A DNA stretch of 64,000 nt from Hydrolagus affinis (Eukaryota), in the NCBI GenBank assembly GCA_012026655.1, contig JAAILG010001277.1, positions 1 to 64,000 on the forward strand, written 5' to 3'. The translations under genes were made by a program, and so were the position numbers. Below the pieces are notes generated by a model, which worked only from the letters and a program-made list of their open reading frames with translations, did not search any database and had not been told where the DNA came from. How positions within the stretch are numbered: position 1 is the stretch's first letter; each line of letters opens with the position of its first letter. Positions 53,102 to 64,000 of the stretch are shown one piece after another.

Positions 53102-53245
53102 AGAAGTCTCTGGGAACACGCAGCAGGTCAGGCAGCATCTATGGAGAGAGGAAAGTTAGTTAATGTTTCAGGTCGATAACCTTTAGCCTGGCCTGCTGTG
53201 TGTTCCCAGCGACTTCTGTTTTTATTTCAGATTTCTGCCGTATTT
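53102..53245. mobile_element. Palindromic chondrichthyan interspersed repeat (Penelope-like terminal repeat or MITE-like)
   Basis: 32-bp inverted arms at 53102-53133 and 53186-53217 with 3 mismatches. The internal 'cagcaggtcaggcagcatctatggagagag..gttaatgtttcaggtc' resembles an abundant shark repeat (recalled). Confidence 0.7.
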
Positions 53246-54459
53246 TGTCTTTTGATACCAGTGTTTCTGATTTACCACTTGGTGTGCGGTACTGACTCCT
53301 AAACGATTTCTCTGCCTTGCTCAACTGCTTTTTAATTTTACTTGACTATGCCCACCAATCCACCTGAATCTGTTAATAAAGAAGCGTCAAATTATGCTGC
53401 AAGCAAATCAGATTGGAAAACCACAGAGCCCAAATTACATTGCCAGTGTAATGTAGTCCAAGAAAAGAAAACCATAAATGCTTCAGCATTATGAAGGTAA
53501 TGGAAATTCTATTGCATTGATAGAGGATGCATATATATTTGGCTCCTCATTATAGCAAAAGTCTGCAAGTCAGGACTGCCCCAAATATGTAGACGTGATC
53601 AAATCTTTTATCACTTCAAATATTCCAGTCAAATAATATTGCACATTTATATGTCTTCAGTGGAATTCTGCATCATAAAGTCATGTGCAAATTGAAGCAT
53701 TGTTTCTTACCCATCTACAACAGATGATAGTATATTAAATAAGAAAGAGGATATGGTATATAAGAGTTCTATTGAGACCCTCGCTGCATAAAAGTGCAAT
53801 GGAGGTCAGTGCAGACTAGAGATCAAATCCTCATGAGTGACGGTAGGCTAATTAATAATTAATACCAGAGATAGGGTGTTTTGAAATGCAGATGTGATAA
53901 CTAGAGGCCCAGCGAGGTTGTTCAGAGGAAACAGACATAGGTGCTTCAGGGAATTGTCCTCCCATGCCGGCTGGATCTGGAAACATGCTTGGGTGTGAAA
54001 GTAGAGCCTGTGGTTTAGATTATGTTCCCCTCAGCTATTAATTACCTGCACCTGCTTTGAAGTCGTTTTTTTAAACTTGCAGTAAAGGACACCAGTAGAG
54101 CTAAGGGATTCGCAAAGATCATTAAACAACTGAAGGAAGCAGGACTATGAGCCAATAAGAAACAAAACCGGATTGCGGCAAACAAAGACTTAGCACATTT
54201 AGTGCAAGTAACAGTTATAAAAAGAAAAACAAGTCAATTGGATTTCAGAAAGATAAAAGTGAATAATTTAATATCTTTCAGTTTCTTTGTGTTTTTAGGT
54301 GGTGCTTATATTTCTCTTTCCCTTTATAGCTATTCCTGTTGTATTCTGTAGGTGGTATAGCTGATTGTGGATTCTGCTGTAGTAAGACCAGTGTTGAAAT
54401 TTGCTAAAAAGAAATGCTTAGTCAAAAAAAGTTTGACTTTGTAGTAAAATAAAAAAAAA

Positions 54460-54765
54460 CTCCTTGCATTCGATAAAGCACCTTATCATGTCTTGAGACA
54501 CGTCAAAGTGCTTCACAGGATATACTGCAAAGTGAATTGGTTGTGTATTTTGTGGGCGAAACACGGCAACCATTGCACACAGCTCCCACACAGCACCAAG
54601 TTTAGTTGCTGGATTTCTTGCCAGGATGCTGGGAATAAAATCTTTTTCGTTTTGAATAGTGCCTTGGGATCTTTAACATCCACCTGAGCAGGCAGACGGA
54701 CCACAGTTTCGTCTCTCGTCTGAATGACGGCAGCCACAATAATGCAGCGTACCCCCAGCACTATG
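54460..54765 (-). mobile_element. DeuSINE-like SINE
   Basis: Shared tail and body, then aatagtgccttgggatctttaacatccacctgagcaggcagacgg..gtttcgtctctcgtctgaatgacggca. Confidence 0.85.
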
Positions 54766-56110
54766 TTCGAGCATCATCTTAGATTAATGTTGCATATCAA
54801 ATGTTGGATTAAAGACCGTAGAATCTTCCAAACCTGAAACTAATAACATCAACCTGAAATAACAGACCTCACAGTTTAAATGATAGACAAAAAAGGAGTC
54901 CCAAATTGGAAATGTAAATTTCAATAACAGTCTCAACTCACTTTTCCCTCAGGGTTTCCTAAGGGAATAAGTTCCATACAACCTCACTCAACCTTGGTCA
55001 ATTATTACATTCTTGCATTGTTCGACAACAGTACCTTTAAAGGATAGCTAATGAAAACCATTGCCATTTTTCACAAAGTCAGTAAGTTCATCTTTTTTAA
55101 CCGTGGATAGGGGATGTATGCTAAGATAGAACCTTGCAGGGAGTGTAGGGAATTTGAAGGGACGAAATCTAGGGGAAATATGGGAAAGATTAATTATTGT
55201 CTGTATGTGTATTTATAATATAATGTGTAACTAGTTGAATTTGAAAAAACACTGTCAAATCTACCTTGGTTGCTGAATGCTACAGCACCTTACAAAATTT
55301 AGTTATTTGGTGAATAGCAGCATTTTTTTTTACATATTTCTCTTCTCTTATAGGGATTTCTTTCTATAGTAAATTATTCACTTTGATTAACCCTTCTGCT
55401 GCAAATGCTGTAGATGTTTCACTGACCTGAATCGTGAAGTTGTCTGTGCTGTGTGAGAGAGAGAAGAGTTTTTAGGTGCAATCAATTCATTTTATTAAAG
55501 AGTTTCATCAATTTTTATGAAATTCCCTTCAAATATTGGTGTATGTATTTTAATAGTAAGATTTCCTGTTCAATGTAATAATAATAAAACATTACGTTAT
55601 TGCAACTCCAATTGTATTTTTTTTATTACAATTTGACATACAGTTGGAAATTTTACATAATGAAAAATATCTGTGCAATTAGTACTTTACAGATGTTATT
55701 AATCGATGCAAACTATGATTCACTTAATAGAAATTTGGAGGTAAAAGTATTTCAGCAGATGCAATAAATAAATTATGTTGAGATTTTTATTTCAAGTGAG
55801 TCATGCTTATATTTTACAACTGCATAAAAATTAGAATTGATAATTAATTGTAAAATATTAAAAATGTATACCACAGAGAGAGATGCTTAAAACATAAAAT
55901 GACTTTTATAATGTCATTTAAACCAATGCAGACCTCTGAATATTACAAATGAGAGTTCCATTGTGTTCCTAGCAAAACATTTATTTAAAAAAATCTCACC
56001 TTGGGCACACTAAGCTCAATACAATTCTTGTTTTTTGTTAATAGGCTTAATGGAATTGTATATTTTATCTTCCAATTGTGTTACGAAGCAGTAAAAAAAA
56101 TCATATATTG

Positions 56111-56165
56111 CAACAACAACAACAAAATTATATTTCTAGAGTGCCTTTCACGTCGGGAGGACAAG
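56111..56165 (-). mobile_element. Isolated L2 3' tail
   Basis: (aac)n-aaaattatatttctagagtgcctttcacgtcgggaggac. Confidence 0.75.
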
Positions 56166-56909
56166 ATAACATCAGGAAATGAACGCATGTTATAGTCACC
56201 AAAATCAAAATGTTTTTGGCTTTCCAAGGTTGAAATATATTTTATGAGGAAATACAGCATTTGATTGGCAGCAATTAATTTATAATGTTCTTCAATGTGC
56301 TTGATAGCAAATACATGCTGCAGCAATTCAATTTTCTCTATCTTACAAACAAAGGATAGTTTTAAAACATTGAGGTATTAGTGGGAGAGTGAATAGAAGA
56401 AATACAGAAAAATCAAATGTATATAAAAACTATTTGACTGAAAATAGCTTGGAAGTTATATTAATCCATGTTATTTCTTCGTGACATCAGCAATTATGGC
56501 AAGTTATATGTTTTTACACCCAGTGTTTTTTTACTGAAAGGCTCATTTGTGATAACTAATTAAAGTACTATATTATTGTTCATATTTTATTACTTGCAAA
56601 TGATTTACTGGTACCAATATCTTGACTATTTACATAGTTTAGAATTCAGTTTTATTGTTTATTGCTCAAAACATGCTTTCTTTACTTAACAATATGAATA
56701 CAGACTATATGCAAATCCAAAATTGAGTTTATTGCAATAATTCCCTTTAAAATAATCATATCAAACACTCTAGACCATATCTGCAAATTGTATAATACAC
56801 TTTAACTGATTTATATAGTTGTAAAATACATCTATACAAGTTAACACATGAAAATATGTTATTCTTATCTTTACAGATATGGATCCTGAAGTTTACTTTT
56901 AATACTTAG

Positions 56910-57010
56910 TGTATTCACATCTTCTGGATGTCTCAAAGAGCTTCACTGTAATTGACTGAATTGACTGTATATTTTTGGGCGAAACATGGCAGCCATTTTG
57001 CATATAGCAG
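56910..57010 (-). mobile_element. SINE 3' fragment
   Basis: ttcacatcttctggatgtctcaaagagcttcac..gaattgactgtata..gggcgaaacatggcagcca. Confidence 0.85.
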
Positions 57011-58129
57011 TATATAGGTTTTAATTGAAACTGCCAACATGCATATTGATAGATGAGATATTTAAATCTACCTAAATTCATGGATTAAATGTAGTAAAAT
57101 TAATAGGAGCTGATCACCTTTTTAAAGTTATTACTCGAGTAGCAAAGAACAAAGGGAATAAATATTCTTTTGAGCCTTTACACAATCTTGCAATTTTAAC
57201 TAGTTCAGTTCATCTTTGGTGCACTTAATATATGTTTAGATGTCAATGGGGTTTGTATAATGTTGTATTGCTATTTTGAACAGTTTTTTTTTACCTGGAA
57301 GTTCCAAATTGGAGAATTGATTGTCTAGATTTTCTCCTCTGCCTTCATATTTATCTTGTGTTTTAAGACTTGGTCCAATTTCTAATGGACTTCAGCAATG
57401 ATTTGCAATGCAACGGTAACTTGATTGTAATTAATGCCCGCATTCTTCACATGTGCTTTGGTGCTTCCACATTTTTTGACAAGCAAATGCTATTGGAATC
57501 CTTTCTGTTTCTAATCATTCACAAAACAAGAGCATGTATAAAATATATATTCCACCATGTGTGCACGAGGCACTCTGTACCTAAGACTTGACATATAGCT
57601 GTCTCTTTTCTCCATTTATTACAAACATATGTGTTCATTTTGTGACAAAATCGCATATTCAAATTGTTTTATGTCTATTTTCATCAATTGCATGCTGTAT
57701 AGGCACAAAGGGAGCATCTCTGTGTTCAACAATTGCTTACAGATGGGAACTGAAATGTAGAAATACAAAGGAAAAAATAGACTATAAAAATTCATAGATG
57801 GAAATTCTTCCTGATTGCTATCCTTTTGATGCATTCCACGATTTCTTTTCAGCTTCCTTACCAGAAAATGATTCCAGACTTTTTGAAACCCTGAACATTT
57901 AGACATACAGTACTTTCCTGCATAGCTTGATACTGCCCTGAAAATGTTATAAAACTGAAATCAAGATTCAACAACAAAAATGTATCATAAAATATAACTA
58001 TTTATATTTAGCCAGCGATCCATTACTCAATATCTTGTGCTATTTCAAATTCATAAAATAAAATATGAAAGTAAAAGAACTATCATAACTGGTTGGTATA
58101 TACTTGGTTTATTATTACTAATGATGTTA

Positions 58130-58388
58130 TAACGATCTTTGCATTTGTTGTAACACCTTATCATATTATTGCAAAGTGCTTAATAGGATTTACTGCAAGC
58201 TTTTATTATTACCATTTGTATTTATGGACAAATATGGTAAGCAGTTTGGGTACAACAATGTTCCACATTTTGCCATTAAGTAAATGACTGATTTTGTTTG
58301 TGAGGTTTTTGCAGAACACCAAGAGAAACTCCCTGCTCTTTTTCAAATTGTGCCATGGAGACTTTAACGTCCACTTGAAAAAGCATGA
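58130..58388 (-). mobile_element. Old DeuSINE-like SINE
   Basis: ttgcatttg..caaagtgct..gaacaccaagagaaactccctgctctttttcaaattgtgccatggagactttaacgtccacttga. Confidence 0.7.
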
Positions 58389-59484
58389 CAAAAAATAGTG
58401 TTGCTAATATGATTTATAATAATTATGGTGTAGCTCAGAGAACAGTATATTGAGTTGAGTAAACATTCTTCTGAAAACACCAAATACTGTACATCTGATT
58501 GTTAGTTTTTATATTGGTTTAATTCCCTTTGTGAAGCAAATTAATTTTAAATAATCTGATCCTTCATTCAACAAAGAAGCAAAGTATAAAACAGTAATTC
58601 ATCATTTCTTTCTGCTTTTCCCTTTAACAAACTGTATTTTAGTTTGAGACCTGCACCAGAACTTGTTTCAAGAATTCTGCTAATGCTGCTCTTGAAACAG
58701 CTTCTGGAATATAAGGATGAAAAGTTGACTTTTTATCCAAAGTTTCCCTCATCTGGGATCCAGCCAATTTGATTTTGAGCTGCAGCTTTCTCAGTCAGTG
58801 TTCCCACATAAGAGAAGAATTTATCCTTCAGGTGAAATAGCTTCCTTTTACTTAATGAGTGATTGGGAATAATGGTTGGTTGTCAAGACCCCTGGATCTT
58901 TACCATGTTTTGGAGACCCATAATAGCATCCCCTCAGACTTTGATTTCTAACATATCTTTATACTATTTTGCTGGCAGCAATTTCTATGGGACAACAATC
59001 TCAAACTGACAACTACTGTATTATTCTACTACGGAAGAGACAATAGATAATTGAGTGGTGTCAGAACTTGCTGTCAAAATCTCACTGCCTTACCTGGAAG
59101 TAATATCCATCGTAAACTCTGTCCATCTTATTTGCTCTCTGCTTTCATTCTACTTGAGGAATCTCCAACAATTGCACACATCTTTCACAGTAGACCGAAT
59201 TCTAAGTAATTCTCCTTCATGTCTCAGTATTTGAAGGTAAAATGGTTACCATGTATCTTTAAAGATAAATTCTCCCTATTCTCCCTATCAACTATTTGAT
59301 CATCTGACGTTTTCGAAGAACCTACTACCCTGCTTCATCATCATTCCCACTCTTGTATTCCCAATGAGACTCAACTTCAAATTATGACTGATAACGAACC
59401 AGTGTCAACTCTCCACTCAATAATTTGGCCTCAGTTTCTATTTGCATTGTCCAGTTAAATTAGCAACAGAAATGTTAGGTATAT

Positions 59485-59605
59485 GAAGCAGGTCTGTCAG
59501 CATCTGAAAAAGATAGATCAAAATGTTAATTCACCTGATATGTGATGCATCATTTTCTGTTTCTTATTTTACATTTTCAACATTCACAATTTTTTTTCAT
59601 TTTTG
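59485..59605. mobile_element. Degenerate copy of the palindromic repeat at 53102
   Basis: gcaggtctgtcagcatctg..gttaat..cattttctgtttcttatttt resembles 53122-53230. Confidence 0.5.
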
Positions 59606-60057
59606 ATTTATTTAAGAGTCTTTGTGGAATGACTGTAATTGCACTACCTGACTCGACCTGTCTAGCTAACTTCCAGTTATTTAGATATTAATTAATTGTA
59701 AACATTTGGTTTTACTCTAAGTATTTAAATGAGATTAACAATAGCATTTGTTTAACATGGAGATCCAGCTGTGGACATATTTAGGTTATGGGTCAATAAA
59801 AGAGATTGGAGGCTTCCAACATACCATCGCAAGCCTTATTAACGAGGATCCTTCAAAATATTTTGATCCTATGCATTACATCTTCACCTGCAATGCCACT
59901 TTGGCCTTAACAGAGTTAACCAGCCCTGGTGATGAGAATGTTCCTGGGAGGCATTCCTGGTGATTGGTTACAATCAGGGAAAGCTTCTCTTTGCCAGTTC
60001 TCAGATCCATCATTACATCTGATCACACACATTATCTCAAGAGTTTCTTTTTTGTTC

Positions 60058-60081
60058 GGTTGTTTGTTTGTTTGTTTGTTT
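60058..60081. repeat. (GTTT)n microsatellite
   Basis: tgtttgtttgtttgtttgttt. Confidence 0.9.
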
Positions 60082-61104
60082 AAGAAGTTGATTCGTTTGC
60101 CTGGCTCTCAGCCTGATTGTGTGATGGTAAGGACTCCTGCTATGTTCTCAGTTTCCTTACCAATAGATTTCCTCTGGATCTTCAGGCTGCCACTACCATC
60201 TTTCAGCCATATACTTTCCTTCAGGAACTTCCCGTCTGACTCAAATAAAACAGATTTGTGTTTACAAGGTAAAAGCTACCGATCTAAATAAAATAGCTGG
60301 GCAGCTCAAACCGTCCTATTTATTCTATTACCAGGAAATTATTATATCCAGAAACTTATTATACAGACCAATGCATGACTGATTAAATTGGTACAGACTG
60401 TAATGTCTCATAAATTATTGTTAGGTAGTATAGAACCCCATCCAGACTATACCTTTCATAGACCTTGTAGACGTTTGCTTCAATGAACCACTTTTTTATG
60501 ATCTACAAATCCCAGTCCATTAAATTACTTCAATTATCTGCCCTATCATTATTCCCATATTACGAGGGGTTTGTCCCAAAGATTTCAAAAATTAATTGCG
60601 AAAGCTAATTAACACTAATCCCATGTCAGAACAGCAGTCTCCCACTTTGGGGCACATGAAGATTGGTGTGAATCTTGCTTAAGTATAAAACCATTCCATA
60701 AGACCTCTAGGTACCTTTACGTTTACTGTTTGCCACGTTGTCAACAGTCAATAGAAACCTTGTGATATTTCTCAACAGATTTCTTAATCAGATATGTAAG
60801 TACAAGTAGTGAATTAATACAGTATCAAATATACTGATTAACATTATCTGTAAAAGTTAATGATGTATACTTTTAGCACATTCCATGTGTTAGAAATGTT
60901 TGCACACATGATGCACAGATGCACCAAAACCTATTTTAAACAAGAGTAAAAGAGGAAACAGCAACTACTATTTGTTTCCTTTACCCTGATGATTTTCAAC
61001 AATTTGTATTCATGTTATTGGACATCAGAAAGTAAATTCAATGAGAAGTTCATTCTGCCTCAGATAACATCAGAACGGAATTTCTGTGGTTTAGAAGCAT
61101 GGCA

Positions 61105-61318
61105 TAAGTCTTCTTACCCCTTCAAATAAATACAACAATAATAATAATTTGATCACTCAATCCATGACTGTTTGTAGGACACTGCTAAGTGCACTTGGCT
61201 GTCGCATTGTGTCCCAAAAATATAGTTAATTCACTTTACTGTATATTCTGTAAAGTATATTAGATGTCTCGAATATGTGATTATACGCTACATCAAATGC
61301 AAGCATTATTATTATTAT
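61105..61318 (+). mobile_element. SINE 3' portion
   Basis: tcactcaatccatgactgtttgtaggacactgc..ttcactttac..gctacatcaaatgcaagcattattatt. Confidence 0.88.
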
Positions 61319-64000
61319 GCAATGGAGTCCTATTTGTCCATCCTTAATATACAATCATTAGGAAATGTGACAAATGCTTTAAAATTAAGAATTGATTTTA
61401 AAAAATCAAAATGTTCATCAATGCAGTTCATGCAATGGTTGACGATTGGAATAAAATATGGTTCCACAATAAAGTAATGACATGACTCCATCCAGAAAAG
61501 AAACAGGTTTGGTAGATTGTTTAAAGTGTTTTCATACAGATAATCAGCTTGGGTGGAGGACAAACTGATTACTTATAGTGACAGACTGACGCTCACCTCA
61601 AAGTCTAGTGAGTTGCAAATTACTTCCACTGTATGAGAAGTAGCATTCCAGTCTTGCGATTGAAAGATCTCCAATGGCTGCTCTATTATATTCCCACTTG
61701 CTTGTCAGAATTCATCTACATTATTTCAAGCAAAGAAAAATATATTTTGTTTTATGCATGCCCATGTTGATAGTGAAGGCTGAAAAGTGCAGATAAGCAG
61801 TATAACTGTAACAAAAAAAAATTGTACCATAACGTAAATAGGTGCCACACAAGTACTTTTATTATGTTGAAATGTATTTATATGTCAAAATATTTAAAAG
61901 TGAATTCATGAGAAAGTCTAGCCAACACATCATGACAGTCGAGCTATTGATGCTACTGATGTAACACAGAAATATGTATATGTATGTAAAAAGTGTTATA
62001 TATAATCTATTGTTTAGCTCATTTGTTACTTTTGCATAATTATTATTATTGAACATTTTCTGATAACCTTAGTAAATAATATGACAAATGCGGACTAATT
62101 GTATACAATACTCTTTTTTATAACAATCCAAAATACACAGACTTAACCAGCTACTACAACTAACAGCATGCTAAATCCTAAAACCCCAAAGCTCCAGATG
62201 AAATTATGTGCTTGGGATCTCACTGCTGGCTTCTTTGTGATTAAGATACAACATCATTAGTATGCATGTACATGTGTAAGTTAAATACAGGATAAATGTC
62301 ATTGTTCTATTAATTTAACATCATTAATGACAATTCTATATCTGGAGAATTTGAGCTTTCCAATGGTCTGGGATTTGTTTTTACAATATACTTCCTACTT
62401 CCTTTGCTAGGTACCCTATCAGGACGTTAGTTGATCATCTTGAATTGTCACATGAGTATTTATGGAAGTTCAATAAGCCAGTTAACCATACCAATTGATT
62501 CCTCTTATCAGTCCCCTTGCATTCATTCTACAGATTCACTGTGTGTTTAAAAAGCAGGCAAACAAATCATGGTGACATCTGATAAAGTACATATTTATTT
62601 TCAAACTGGTTATTTACTGAAAATATGATACTGTAGTTTATTAAGGTAAAAGGAATGCAGTACAATTGAAAAGTATTTCATAAATGCAACCAAAATTACC
62701 AAAATCAAAAATACGGTACTGTACTTGTATTCATAATTTTAACATAGCAATTTCATATGTAACTAAATCGAATAAATCTATTATTAACAATTGGAATTCA
62801 TGTTACCTCATCAGCAGAAGAAGAGATTCCTGGCTGCAAAGGGCAACTTCAGGACACACAGAAGGTATTATTACTGGAATGAGTAACCAAGAACTGTGGC
62901 TGAGGCCAGAATGCTGGACCCATTCCAAAAAATGTTGATTATGTAATGCAATACTGGTAGGGATGGCTATTCTGGAAGGATGCGATCAATTGAACTGAAG
63001 GGTTATCTTCATCGGAACATCTCTTGTGATCTTTTAATAGACATAACTTGTAATGTCAAAAAAGTACAGGACAGAACATTTTATGAATCTATGCAGCAAT
63101 GGCATACGTGATACAGCAATAAGTTGACTGAAGCCCTGGAAAATAACACTTTCATATATATACAATATATTTGTCTGACTGGCAAATTCTCATAAAATGT
63201 CAACATAAATTTGCTCATTATTCCTGAAAATTTGCATCTACTTGAATCAAAAAGCAAACATTGCAGATCTAGTTGTTGAGTTGAACCCATTACAGAAGGA
63301 TAGATAAAACAAATGGAAACGTACAATGGGAGAGGTGGATTGAATCCTAAGGAATGTCTCAGTTTTGCTCCAATACTGTAATTGAGACAGAAGATTGGAT
63401 TGAATTATAATGCCTTCCATGATTAAATAGCCCACTAACAACCACCAACCAGGCACAAATACAAAAATTGTGACAAGAGGAAGGCAGCAACAGCTGCTGG
63501 CAGCTGTATATTTGGACCAAAGGAGAAACCACCGGCTGCCAAATAAGAAAGGCAAGAGGAGAAAAATGTTCCATAAAAATAATTTTTTATTATTATTATA
63601 CCAAAGGTAAATCTTACAATAACAATCAGCAATTAAAAATAACTTATTTAACATATATGGTCATAATTTTAAAGAACGTATAAAGGTGCTACATTTGCGA
63701 TAAAACCATAGAGAAATGATTCTACAAGCTGAGGAAAAGCTATCATGCAATCTACTTCTGAGGTGAGGAACAGCATTAAGTTACTTAATCATACCAACTT
63801 GAAGAAGAAAACCTTAGTTTGAGGATTACCTATATGTGTTGGTGAAAGCAAAGAATGATTTAAACATTTTTTTCTCAAGCATTTTGATTAATGCAAATAT
63901 GTTAAAATCATTTTTTTACCGGCAACTGAAATGGGGTCACATTTTTTCTCATACAACCTTTTTCCATCCTATAAGGATTGGAAATAGTTCCACTCAAAAT

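Noticed and set aside
1-64000. CRISPR arrays, operons, phage or prokaryotic defence systems
   Set aside because: No regularly spaced repeat-spacer array and no long ORFs. The recurring sequences are dispersed SINE and LINE copies in eukaryotic non-coding DNA.

Overview
This is AT-rich vertebrate genomic DNA, most consistent with a cartilaginous fish such as a chimaera or elephant shark. That assignment is inferred from the repeat content: tRNA-headed SINEs with L2-type tails, DeuSINE-like copies, L2 and CR1 LINE remnants, and a shark-type palindromic element. There are two 100-N assembly gaps. I cannot recognise any intact host protein-coding gene; the listed ORFs are short chance ORFs or alternative frames of decayed LINEs. 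The window reads as a large intron or gene desert with about 20 SINE copies, many 5'-truncated LINE fragments, and repeat-free motif-dense blocks that may be conserved non-coding elements. The most notable observations are: (1) a CCAAT/GC-box promoter-like region near 39.1 kb, followed on the minus strand by a 9-nt segment ending ATG|gt, either a first-exon end or a microexon; (2) a perfect 32-bp fold-back inside a SINE; (3) a palindromic element keeping part of a hammerhead-ribozyme core; (4) a SINE nested in inverted orientation in another SINE; (5) SINE families sharing a 3' tail with local L2 LINEs. I found no convincing evidence of a new multi-gene system. Repeat boundaries are approximate and family names come from recalled motifs, not database searches.
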